64,000 nt of DNA from Kudoa neothunni (taxonomy: Eukaryota > Animalia > Cnidaria), in the NCBI GenBank assembly GCA_964304625.1, contig OZ199838.1, positions 16,413,469 through 16,477,468 of the forward strand. The letters are read 5' to 3'. Every line of letters begins with the position of its first letter. Position 1 is the first letter of the stretch. Of the stretch, positions 50,130 to 62,939 are shown piece by piece. Under the pieces are notes generated by a model, which searched no databases, was not told the DNA's origin, and saw nothing but the letters and a program-made list of their open reading frames with translations. Position numbers and translations under genes: made by a program.

Positions 50130-53100
50130 TTGATTAACTCAGTTAACATTTGGAACATATTACATTAATTTTTATTAGTTTATAATTTTATAATTGAATA
50201 TATTATAAATATTTGTAAATTTATTTACCAATAATTATTCATTTTATTTGAGGACCACTAAAAAATAAATTTACATCGGCAGAATAAGTTGTGATAATTT
50301 TATCATTTCATTATAAATGAAATCAATTGTATAATTTAATGTTATTAATTTATGATCACATAAATAATTTGTAAACTCATTCATAAGGATTATTTCAACA
50401 ACACAAATACACTAAATTAAGATTTGTGTGTGATATCTCAGTAAAATTAGCATTAGTCTAGTTTTTATGTACTTTTGTAATCCATTATAGATCTTGAATA
50501 TTTTATTACAAAATTATTGAAAAAATTTAATTCGTAATTTTTGAGGTTTCATTTGTCGTACAAAATTACATGTGGTGTATATATGCGTACTGTCTATTGA
50601 TTGATATCACAATTCCAAAATATATCAAAAAATTATAAAATAAAACGATCTTTGAATTCTTTAATAAATTAAATATGAATTGGAATAGTTAAATTTCATA
50701 AGTTTAAATCAAGACCGAACCTAACTACCTTTCCGAATTGAATAACAGATTTTTAAGCCTTGTAATTGTTTTATGGAAGTGGCTATATCTCAGGGAATGA
50801 ATATCTCTAAAATTACTGCATATATTTTTTTCATATTTAACATATTATCTAATATTTACTTAACTTAATTTCTCATAAGTATTAAAAATATTTGCAGTTG
50901 AATAAGTTTTCAGTAGCGCAACCATCCTTAGTCTATCAATATTAAGGTGTAATTATATTATATTTTTAAATTTTTCGATAAAAAAGCATATTCCCTTTTT
51001 GGATTATTTAATATAAATAATTAATTCTTCGCTTAATGTAATTTCGGCGTCCATTGTATACTTTCGGGTTAGAATGTTAAAGATGAATTCTAGCATGTTT
51101 ACATATAGAATATAGTTTATTTCCTGCGAAGATCCTTATATTGTCATAATAAAATATGAATAATTAAAATTTTGATTATCTCAAACATTACACATGGCCT
51201 CTAAAAATATTTTTATATTCATCGGTGGAAACACGTATGAAATAAAGTTTTTAAATGTTGGTCCTATAATAGAAAATAATGAATAAAATGCTTTAGTTAA
51301 TATTCGCAGGAAAAAACTCTTGGAAACAAAAAAATTCTAACAGAAGTTAAAATAAAAACAAATTTTTTGATGGTGATGGTTAATATTACTGAATTTTGTG
51401 GGGAACTTTTTTATAAGGCTATAAGTTCTATTAGCTTACTAGAATAAATATCTACAAATAGTGATGATGTTTATATCGTTCGTGCCCCCCAATAAATTTG
51501 ATTATTTGTTGACAAATATATAATTTACAATATAATATAGTTGAAGATGTGTGAAAGTATAGAAAAAGGAAATCTTTTATGATTTAATTTTTGATAATGA
51601 GAAAGAAGTGTCTCCTGTAGACTTAACATGGATGCCACTTATCAACAAGACAAAACCAGACATAAATAAATGAATTAAAACCCCATAAGGAACTAATAAA
51701 TAATTGCAATAAAGCTGAAAATAGAATACAACAACCATTATTAAAAGTCAAAATATTATTATCGTTGTTGGATTTTTAAACCTCAAAATTCCATCGAAAG
51801 TAATGCCAATTGTAAGGCTAGAAAGAATTTATTTGTGAAGAGTTGTGAATATAAAAATATACAACAATAATTCACGACATCAATAAATAAAAAAATTCAA
51901 TATGACATATTAAGTTTATTTTTTGTATATGGAAGCTGTTATATTTTATTATTTCTAACTCACATGATCAAGTCATAATATATTCCATATCTTTTAGGAA
52001 TACAAAATAACACGAGAAAAAAAGAGAGTGAAAATTTCAATAATTGTTGTCTTATAAATGATAATTATACTTAAATATTGATGGACTCAGAATGGTAGTT
52101 GCTCTACTGAAAATTTATTCTTCTGCAAATTTTTTTTATACTTACGAAAAATTAAGTTAAATAAATATTAGATATGTAGAATGTGAACAAAATATATGCA
52201 GTAGTTTTAGAGATGTTCATTCTCTGAGATATAGCAACTTTCTTATTTATTCTAACCCTCGAGCAAAATGGGGTACAAATAGGGTCCAAACGATATTAGG
52301 ATGTATTTTCTTTGATTAATTTTTAATTCCCAGTTCTAATGTTTTTCTTATTTTTCTATAAATCATAGATCTATAAAAAATGTTATTAATATAACTTCGA
52401 AATTTCTTAATCGAATATTAAGATAAAAAAAATCATCCAAAGAAAATGGCGTCCTCATTGATCCAAGATGTTTATTTAATATTTTTGAACAGAAAGACTT
52501 AATTATAGTATTATTAAGAGAACAATTTGTTGTAAAAATTATTTTATGCCTAAAATGAATAACCCAAAAATATACACTCAGGTGCGGATATACATATTTT
52601 TTGTCAGGTTATGGGTTTTTTTAATTAAAGGCGGTAATATTGACATCCATGACTATGATACCCCAAGTCTGTTTTATTTAACAGAAACTATGGATCAATA
52701 TATAAAGGAGATTTTGTGTTGGTCGATACTGATGATTCCCTTATTTATAAAAATGGACGTTCGTGGGGCTAGACGAATCCATCGAAAACGCAGACGCCTC
52801 CTGAAAATATGATGTGTATTAGCCAGGATATGATTCATTATAACATCCAAAGGATTATTAAAAAAAGGTTTCCTCTGAGTTTTCTGAAGCGTTAAGAATA
52901 AATAAAATAATCACGAATGCAAAAATAAATGCATCGAATTGAAAACATCAGGAAAAATTTTCAAGTGGAAATTAGTATCGCAGAATGATAACAAAAAATG
53001 AGATTTATTATGTGTACTCGTTCCCAAGATAAAAAAACTGACCTAGAACACGACTTGTGTATGGCTCCTTGCTGCAACGAACATTAAGTTTTTCTTGCAA

Positions 53101-54260
53101 AAGCTTTAAGACATTATTTTTCGATTTACGTTGTTTTTTGAACTCGCGTATAATTCATTTGAATTATTTTAACTAACATGTAATGGTAGTATTCTCATCC
53201 TTTTTTAACAACAATTATCTTAATACAAAGCTTTACCTCATGTATCAATGTCTCCTTATATTTTAATTTCGTCGCTACAATATTCTTTTAATTTTAGGGT
53301 GTTAAATAATTATTCAAATATCTTAAATGTGGCGGGGGTTACGTTCTAATTTATTATATTGATGTACTCTGTAAAATTAAGTTTATTCGAAATTCGAATA
53401 ATCATAAAAACCCGTAGAATCTAATCGGTATTATAATTAAATTATTACTAAGAGTAAGAGATTTTTTATGGCAGTATGCAAAGTATTTAAAATCAATCAA
53501 TTCAGTTTTAATGATTCTTAAAGTTTTTGACTTTAGCATTACCGCGCGTATGTGATGAAATATTTAATGTGTAATTATCTTTGAAAGCGTACGTGTTTTG
53601 CAAAAAAACTTCTTGGTAATGTAGAAAAATATTATGCAAATAAGTTTATACAAAAACACTAAGTTCTATATGGGCTATTTTACTCGGGGGTATCCGATTT
53701 TGGTATACTCTGATGGTTAAAGTAGAGGAACTTCATAGGTTTTTCTGTGATAAAAATACGCGAATAGCGCTTGACAAGGAATTAACAACATAACTGAGAA
53801 TTAGTCACCACAAATATAGGAAAAATAGGTCAAATATCAAAATTATATCGTTTCTTCTTTGTTCAAATATTGTAAAATTATTAAAATTAAAATAACTTTT
53901 AATTACACTATATAGAAATTATGTATAAGTGTGTTATTTTATTTTTCACCTGTATAGGAAAATTTTTAGCCACCAAAGTTTAACGAATTTAATTATAAAA
54001 CAAGTAAGCATAGATGCTCTCAAAAATGTTAAACGTTTACTTAAATTCTTTAATCTTTATTTTAGAGAATTATGGTAAAATGTATAAATTATAAATTTAT
54101 CAGGAAAAATAAATTCACAAAATCAAAGTATGCAATTTTCCAACAATATCAATATATCACATTGTATATATCGATGTATCAAATCCTATTGTTATGTTCA
54201 TATGAATATCAATAGTTAAATCGAAATATACAGTTTAATCTGATTTACTCTCTGTAGCAA
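50130..54260 (+). repeat. Spacer 3-4, a segmental duplicate of spacer 1-2 (about 32590-36830)
   Basis: Colinear over about 4.1 kb; 51306-52435 reads as near-identical to 33883-35010. Confidence 0.9.
50775..52242. mobile_element. Duplicate of the long-TIR non-autonomous element; a related truncated end starts at 57387
   Basis: Termini GGAAGTGGCTATATCTCAG ... CTGAGATATAGCAACTTTC; same insertion site as 33312-34819. Confidence 0.65.
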
Positions 54261-54263
54261 AAA

Positions 54264-57218
54264 ATGCAAACTCAGTTAGTCTCGGTTAGTTTATTGATTG
54301 CATTTGCATGTAATTTGTTTATATTGATTATTTTATTAAATTCTTGTAGTTATTAATACAAATCCTACTACGGAAAATAAACTAGCACCCCAAACTCCTA
54401 CAAAAATACTTTCGTATGACATTGTTGAAAGTAAAGTGTTGTTGGTTTTGACCGGATCAGATTATGAAGGAGCTACGAAAAAATGCCTCATAAGAAAAGA
54501 GAACGATAGTGGAAATGGATTTGATCACGTAAGTACATGCGAGAATAGAGATACACAGGTTGAGACAGGCAAGTGTGTACGTGCTTGTTCAGGAAATGAC
54601 AATAAAATAGCATTTAATGTGCTTTCACCCAGAACAAAGTTTATCTATGTATATTCCGGAACAGATGCCGCACAAATTCAAAATAGTAATAACGGTGGGG
54701 ATGTTTTTGGACTTGCTATTCGTAATTTAAATAAAATTATTCTTTTTTAATTGAAAATAGCGCTTTTGGTGAATCCATCAATAACAGTGTCCATAGATAC
54801 TAATACGAAAAAATTAAAATTGGCAGCCAAGACATGTAAAAGAGTTGACTGTCCCATTTTTTATAAAGGTATTCAATACGCGGCCGGTACGGGACAGGGA
54901 ACATGTGATACTGATAACATCGCCAACCAAGTTGACTTTGACCTTATGATTCCCCATTATGAGATGAAAGCACGAATTACCCGAGTTTCTTCTATCAAAT
55001 GCCAAATCCATATATGAAAAAAAATATCGACATATACAAACCCCAATACTACGTTACTTACAAAAAAGATGACGCTGATAAGAAAAATTATATCCTAAAA
55101 TTCACCAACTCATTTCCTTCCGAAATATGTTTATTCAGTATTAAAGACGCTTCGAGTGCTGCTACAGGATCTACAAAGAATTATGCATCAGTGTGCGGAG
55201 GAGGAACTGATAAAAAGTGTTTTGCACCTTGTGATACTGTTGAATTAACACTAGCTGAGTCTAAACCAATCGTCGAAATATTAATTCAGACTAGATATCA
55301 TAATTTAGATACAAGCGGTAGTAGCATTGAGGGCTATAAACAGAAAAAATATGGTATTGTTTTTTAAAGAAAATGTATCTATTCATTTATTATAGCTATC
55401 GAAGAGACTGACGCTACGAATACACTTTTTAGTACACAAACGGATGTAGGGATTACACTCAACCCTTCTCCATACAACACAGCCACCGGTACCAATTCAG
55501 TAAAGTTTGTTACGTGTGATTTAAAGCATTTTCCTGCCGATAAAATCAGAAAGACTACAGGGGATGTTTTGCAATGCAACGGTATCGATTCTTGTGGAAA
55601 TGCTTGTGCTACTCCTTCTGCTATAAAGGGACTATCTGCAGGGAAAGCATATATAATTGAGATTACTCCGACAGCCATAAATAATCATGCTGATTTTAAA
55701 GAATACCTGTTTTTCCGAACAAGTAAGGAATATATTCATAACACATATTAAATTATTCTTAGAAGAATCTGATTCATCAAACTTCGCCGACACAGCACCC
55801 ACACCAACCGACGTGAGTGCTGCAATTAAAGCGGTTGATGGTGACGTAGAAACAACAGCAGAAACTGAACCAACATGCTCATATTACGTCAGTATAAAAG
55901 ATAAAAACACGTTCGTAGAGGCAGAATGTGAAGACAGCAACCCATGTAGAGGATTCTGTAAAGATACTAAGAAATTGATAAATCTAGACCCTAAAACAAA
56001 CTACGATATTAAAGTTGTTTCACACCAAAACTATGGAATCAAAATATTTGAAAATATTCCAACTAGTAAAAAATTTTTTAATTTAAGATAATATAAATTA
56101 TATTTGTTAGCTTGGTCAACCATGACTCTTTCCTATAGATTCCTAGATAAAGGGTTTAAAGTGGCTGGAACTTTGACATCCGTTTATCCACGAGCAATAT
56201 GTCACTACAAAATAAGAGAAAAAGACGGAGAGACTTTACAAGATGTTTATTCCTGTCCAGAAGTTGTCCCTCCGTCGCCGCCGGTCAGTCCAGCCATTGA
56301 AGATATTGCTGCTCCTCCTTCACCTACTCAAACTCAGGAAACGAACCAACCTACGCCGGTTAACAGTTCAAATTTGTCTAGAATAAAGATAGCAAGAGCA
56401 AGTAATGCAGAAGAAGAGAATTCGACATCCACTGAACCCGCCATTACTCAATCTAAGTTTCCACCATGTAGCAAACCACCACTCTGCAGCAATATAATAA
56501 TTAGTGATGGTTATGAGGCTAATAAAGAATATCAAGTATTGGTGACGGCTGTAGACCGATCAGAAGAAGTTACAATCAATATTCCTAAAAGTACTATAAC
56601 AAAATTAATATAGATATTTTCTAAATTGTCATATTAATATAGACCCACTCCCTGAACTATCTCAGGATACAAACAAACAAATTACGGTAGTTATCGAGAG
56701 AGTAGGAGATACGTTAAAAATCACGTCATTGCTTCCAAAAGAAAAGGATGATAATTCAGTATGTCGATGGATACTGAGAGACATCACTGATGTTTCTCAA
56801 CGAATAGTGAAAAAATGTGATTCCAGTAGAAGTAAAGTTTGCAGACTTCCAACTTGCAGATCATTCACTATTGAGGATGTAAGTGATACCAATGATTATC
56901 ATTTAACGCTTATTCACTCCCGAGATTCCAATGTTAAAGGTGTTGGAATAATAAAACGAGGTAACTAACAATTAATAGTAATATTAATTATTATTATTAT
57001 AATTAATAATTTAGGAGAAACTTCGAATCAATCCAGGTAAAACTAATAAAATAATGTTTAATGTAATATATTTCTAGGGCGAGCACCTCAATGTATTAAA
57101 TTTTGAGTTGATATGTTGGAATAAGTTTTCATTTAGGATTGTTGGAATCATTGTTCCAGTCGCTATTGTTATTGTAGGGGTTGGATTTTACTTTGGTTAT
57201 ATGAAGAATAAAGGATAA
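54264..57218 (+). CDS. Variable surface protein, array copy 4 (one -1 indel at about 54969)
   Basis: Same exon structure. GAG ATG AAA GCA CGA lacks the T of the conserved Cys codon in EMxCTNYPSFFY. The C-terminal half is nearly identical to copy 2. Confidence 0.85.
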
Positions 57219-57752
57219 CTTTGATTAACTCAGTTAAACATTTGGAACATTTACATTATTTTTTATTAGTTTATAATTTTATAATTGAATATATTATAAA
57301 TATTTGTAAATTCATTCACCAATAATTATCCATTTTATTTGAAATATTGTTAGTATAATATTCGATATTAATTGAATTTACTTAAAGGTAGTGGCTATAT
57401 CTCATGTACCTGATAATCCGACCGCGCTTAGGCCATACCTCAGGGAATGAATATCTCTTAATACATTTCACATATTTTACATATCTAATATTTACCTAAC
57501 TTATTTTTCCGTATGTTTTGGAAGATATGGAAGAATAATAAATTTTTAGTAGGGCTGAAATTTGGTCTAAATCCCCCTAATATACAATAAAATACTGCTT
57601 ATATTAATTATAAAAACAAATTTTATACAAAACGAAACAAAGAGGCTAATAAGAGTTGTTTGGTTGTAGATTGATTTTTAGATATTGTACGAAACCACTC
57701 CATAAGTCATGTGGATTATTTCTTCTCCATTAGAATTCAACAAGAAATTCAT

Positions 57753-58900
57753 TAACCTTCCCTGTATTGTGTGAAAAAAAAACGCGTGTTCCGATGGGGT
57801 CCGTCCGGACCTTAGAAAAAACTATCTTAATGATCTTTAATTGCTTTGTGCCATGCTTTAAACAATTGTTCAACTATTTATTAGATGTTCTGCATAGGAA
57901 ATTAAATTAATTATGAAGCGATAGTAGGCTACAAAACAGGGCCCCATAATCTACCAATATCGTCTATTTAAAATTAAGGAAGAATTTAATCGTACAAAAA
58001 TCAAAAATGAATACATTTCATCCGAATATAAAGTAGTTTGGAAAATGAAAATCAATTTAACAATGAAAGGATCAAATTGAATAAGGGTGTCTTGGATCTA
58101 ATGAGTAGTTTAGCGGAATTTTTAAAGTATATATAAAACTAATGTTCGAATTAACTTTGGAAATTTGATTTATACATTCTTTTTTTCCAGACATAATTTG
58201 ATACAGTAGCGCAGGGTTATTACGTAGCATGATTATTGCGTATTTTTAGAAATAATGTCGAAAATTCAAAATATACAAAATAACTACAGATATAAATCGT
58301 GAGATAAGAGTAAAATATACGGATAGATTTAATTATAAAATTAAGAAATAATTTGTTCATTGGGAAAAATAGGAGTGCATGCTTATTACGCACCTAAAAT
58401 TTGTTGTTTGATTACATTGGCATGGTTAGGACGCAGTAGGAAAATAGGGAAAATTATCGCTTACATGGAGAAAACATGTAGATTATTAAATAATTGTATA
58501 AATTAAGAACTAAGAGTAGCTCTAAAGCGAACATTGTTAGGCGCTTCCGCTTTAAATCAGTCACCACAATGAATATAATTGTATCAATAAAAGCAAAAAT
58601 ATTCGCAGACTTTGTTTCAAGTGATTTAAAATTTTATCGAAAAACTCGGAAAAAAATTCAAACTACTCGATATAAGAATGAATGGATCGAATTTTCGAGA
58701 GCGAGAAATATAAAGCTGGCCAGAGAGTACAATATAATAGGAAAATAAATTAGCCAACGACATAAAGGATGGCAAAAACAACAACATTCCTATAACTGTC
58801 GGTCAAAGACAGTTCCATGAGTTTGTTTCGAGAGTTAGTCTTAAAATGAACAAATTAAATAGAAAATCTAAAGGAAATAATGAAATTATTTAAGACCCAT
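57753..58900 (+). mobile_element. Decayed piggyBac-like element (limits approximate)
   Basis: TTAACCTT end with subterminal GGGGTCCGTCCGGACC palindrome; degenerate coding remnants follow. Confidence 0.35.
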
Positions 58901-60602
58901 CACACCAAAATGCTGAATCACATCACAAAGTTAAATTTTTTATTTTCTAAAATACAATAAACTTCGTTTAAACAAGAGAAATAACAAATTTCTTGTTGAT
59001 AAAATAATTGCCTTAAACTACTTTATTTATTAACAAAATACTCTGTCAACGATGAAAAAATTTTTACGACAATTTTTCACATCTCTCTATTAAAGTTATT
59101 ATTAGTGCAATGAGAGAATAAATAAAAAAAGCAGAAAAGTGGCCGCGTATCCACCAAATTTCTCCTACACACGCACGCGCCAAAAGCATGGATAGTAAAT
59201 AATGCAGGGTTGTTACGCACTCGAGTTTTTTCTCCAAAAAAGTAAGCAATATCCCTGCACAACTGTATATGAAAACACTAGATATTTCGCCTTAGTTCTG
59301 TGATGTAATCTTTAATTTACGATGGCGTCTATTTGCACTCCCTCGGTGCATGCGCGGAGGATTAAAGCATTATCTCTATATGTGCTTTTTCTCTTATATT
59401 AGTTGTTGCAGAAAATCACTAATAGCCAAAAACGATAAATAATATTTTTTGAAAAATGAATAAAATAATAAAAATATTTTTTCTATTTCTTTGTTATCAA
59501 CACAATTTTTTAATTGTTTTAGTCTTCGTTTTATTTAAATGGAACGAAAATTGAAATCATACAAGTTGAAATTATTTTCATTTTTTTGATTTATGTAAAA
59601 TGTGATTTTATTCTCGTACTGATCTTTTCTGTTCTTTAGGCTCTTGTAAAATTCGTTGTATTGACTACCAGCAAGTGTATTTAATTGATCCAATATTTCA
59701 AAACAATTTTTTGTTGTTTTTAAACTTTGATTTTAAATGTATATTGGTTGGTAAAACATTCAAGCCGATATTTTGTGAATCAATATCGGGGAAGTTTTAA
59801 TTGTTGAAATATCGTCGTCTGTTATGTTACACATATGATTATTATCGAGGAATATATCATTGTTTGTATAAACCATCTTCCAATACACATAGAATCAGAA
59901 GTCAAAATTAAAGATTTTACCTTTGCAATTAAATGTTTTCATGAGAGAGAATATTGTTGAAAAAATGTATAATCAAACTTGTATATATTATCTTGAAACG
60001 TAACCATTGCTGAACAAGAAATAATGTGAAAAAGAACATGTTTTTTAAATTCCAAATTGATAATAATTTCAGATTTTGAGCCTCTAATTTGATTTTATCA
60101 GCGGAAAAACTGGACAAACGATCTATTATTACAAAAATATCATCATCAACAATTTTGTTCTTCATGAGAATCAGATCATTTTTTATAAATCATCACGATG
60201 GATGGGCTTACAGTAATTGAGTATTGAATGGACTTGGTGAATTAACGATGATTTTGACATAAGGTTTTTATCTTGTCATGCTTTTGTTCAATCCTATTAT
60301 TTGTATTTGAACCAAATGTCAGTGCATTGAGACCATGAACATGAGCCCAAATATTTTGAATATTAATCCAATTGTTTTCCAAATATCGAAAATACACTGG
60401 ATTTGTCGAATATAATTCATTCAAACGAATTAAAATGAGTCGGCACTTTCAGAATATATTTAATTTTTTGATAAGATTTTTTAAATTATCAGATGAACAG
60501 AATCGTTTGTTGAATAAATCGCGGCCTTCTGAACTCATTACGCTCAATACTAATAAACCGCACAAAGATATATTCACGTGAGTTTTTCTTGTAATTATTA
60601 TC

Positions 60603-62200
60603 CGAATGGAGAAATTTTGCCGGTGGAGAAAGATAGCCTGCGCGTGTGCGAATGCAAAAAATACATAAACCGTAATTTTTTATTGAAAAAAAAATTCAAA
60701 CTACCTATAATTTTATTTTAATTTCCAATTATACGTTTTAGATATAGCTTCTACATAAAATGTACCATAATAGGAACTATAATTCGAGCATATCTCCTTC
60801 AATTTTTTCATTTTTATTTCCGTCTTTTTGTTCTGATTTGTTGTATTTGGATTACATAGCTGATACATAATTTCCTGTTCAATCAAACTTTGTCGCTCTT
60901 TTAGATTTGTGATGAATGTGACTAATCCTGAATGTGATTGGTCAAAGCGGGAATAAAAGTGGCGATCGAATATTTCTGCGTTGTTAGATGTTAGTTTTAC
61001 ATCGTTCAGCACTCTTTGGTATGCATTCCATGATTCAATGGGACACTTTTTGCTTCTAATAAGGTTTTTTTCAAAATATATTAAGAATAATTGAAGATTA
61101 GGAATCTGAAATTTTTCAGCAGAAGTACACAATTTTTTGAATTCAGCTTCAACAAAATCTTTAGGAACAAATGCGAGTGACATAACGCATTTAATGAAAA
61201 CTTTAAAATCTAGGTTATTTTGGTATTCCTCGGAAAGTCCAAGTGATTGAATTTTTCGGTAATTACATTGTCCGAAATGAAACAAACAAAATTGTGCATC
61301 ATGTTTTGATGCTTTTTTAAAAGCATTATATACTGCTACTTCAAAGTCAATAATTATTGATTTCGGTAACTCCATATTACCCTTCTCCTTGATTATTTCA
61401 ATAATCTCCGTGTAATTTTTCTCAGACTTGTCCGACATTAAAACAAAAGCTAGTGGAAAAACCCTGTTGAATGCATTACCATGAATAGCATATAACTGAA
61501 AAAAATCCTTCGGCGCAACGTTAAAAGTTCCATCCGCAATCCAAAAATCTGAATTTTTCAGATGTAAAAGGTTTTTCTCTGTAGAAAAAATGATTATTCT
61601 GTTTTCGTCATCAGAACCTGAATCGAACAAACAAAAGGATTCATCTCTCAGAGTCTTAATTTTATTACAAAGACTTGTCGCTGGATAAATTTGAATATTG
61701 TTTCATTTTCTAAAATTTCATATGTTTTTGTATACAAAAGATTTAGGAATAATCGGCAATTCATTAATGTTTTCTTTGCTGATTGCAATACTATACACCT
61801 TGTTTGTTGGATATAAAGTAGTTTCTGCTAAGAATTTTATTTTATTGTGGAATAATTTTTTATTTTTGTCCTCCTCCGATACGACGTGATTGTGAAATCC
61901 AGTTTTTTCAATGTTTTCCGTATTATCAAGAGTTGTTACTCTTAACCTTCTTTTACATTGTTTAACTTGACACCTCCAGTATTGAATTTCATTTTTTTTG
62001 TAATCTTTGACGTAAAAATAATCTTCATGAAGCATCATGTCGGTATTTTTGGTAGTCTTAAGCATAATAATATCTTTATTTGAATTTCCACTCATCCTGG
62101 GTCCCTTAGCTGGTCTTGCGCAGTTAATATGCGTTTAAAATTAGGTTTTATTCACGTCTGCGCATGCAATCTTTCTCCACCGGCAAAAATTCTCCATACC
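60603..62200 (-). mobile_element. Inner compact MULE element (1598 bp)
   Basis: About 45-bp TIRs (ATGGAGAAwTTTTGCCGGTGGAGAAAGAT) and a perfect 9-bp TSD ATTATTATC (60594-60602 and 62201-62209). Confidence 0.92.
60713..62095 (-). pseudogene. FLYWCH-type zinc finger + MULE DDE transposase: one 460-codon frame with two in-frame TGA
   Basis: YWRCQVKQCKRRL..HNH; WIADGTF..FFQLYAIHG, IDFE, CLFH, LAFVP, TSNNAE. ORFs 62095-61718 and 61630-60713 are in the same frame. Confidence 0.88.
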
Positions 62201-62939
62201 ATTATTATCTAACCATTTTTTAATATATTAAACATGGAAGTTGACATGAAATTATTTTATGGGGTAAATATAATTGTAATTTTTACGATAAATAATAACT
62301 GACGTACCGCTTTAAAAGTCAATTAAAAAAATATTATGTGTCGTTAACAGCTATTATTATTTGTTTGAAATGACTAATATAAGAGTAAAAGCACATATAG
62401 AGATAATGCTTTAATCCTCCGCGCATGCACCGATGGAGTGCAAATAGACACTATCTTAATTTCCTCTGTATTTCCTTATTTTAAAAAATTTTATCTTATA
62501 AATTTAATATCAGAAGTGGGTTTTCATAATTATATAGTTAAGTGAAACGAACTAAAATCCTAAGATTTTTAAATTACATTATTAATTCTCTTTAAAAATC
62601 ATTAAAGTTAAAAGTTTTTCAGAGGAACTGCTGATATCCTTCTAGTGGCAAGCTTATAATAGTAAATCCTAAAGCAAGATATGTTATTTTTGGATTAAGA
62701 CTCGGTAATTCGCGGTAAAATTCTATGATATTCTAAGAATCATCGTTTACTCAATTAAACCTTACATGTTAAATATCTAAATCTTCAAATATAAGAGAAA
62801 AATATATTTTATCTAAAATCGAAACATACTTTTGCCTGTAAAGGCACAAAAATCATTAATGTTGACCGATATTAATTTTTTTTAAATGTAATATTTTTAC
62901 ACCAATCCAAATGCTTTAAATTTTTAGAGGAATACAAAA

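Larger units (their letters stand above)
59321..62455 (-). mobile_element. Outer MULE (Mutator-like) element with decayed transposase
   Basis: About 83-bp TIRs (GATGGCGTCTATTTGCACTCC... vs ...GGAGTGCAAATAGACACTATC) and 9-bp TSD TTAATTTAC/TTAATTTCC. Remnant YLENNW...WA...NTNNRIE is the MULE catalytic-Glu motif. Confidence 0.85.

Noticed and set aside
30192-55678. Recurrent minus-strand ORFs in the array (e.g. 30192-30440, 37384-37617, 48212-48586)
   Set aside because: They recur only because the plus-strand exons are duplicated; no independent coding signal.
61700-61720. Alternative genetic code (TGA reassigned)
   Set aside because: MCM7 ends in TGA, and the host genes I translated show no in-frame TGA at conserved positions and use TGG for Trp.
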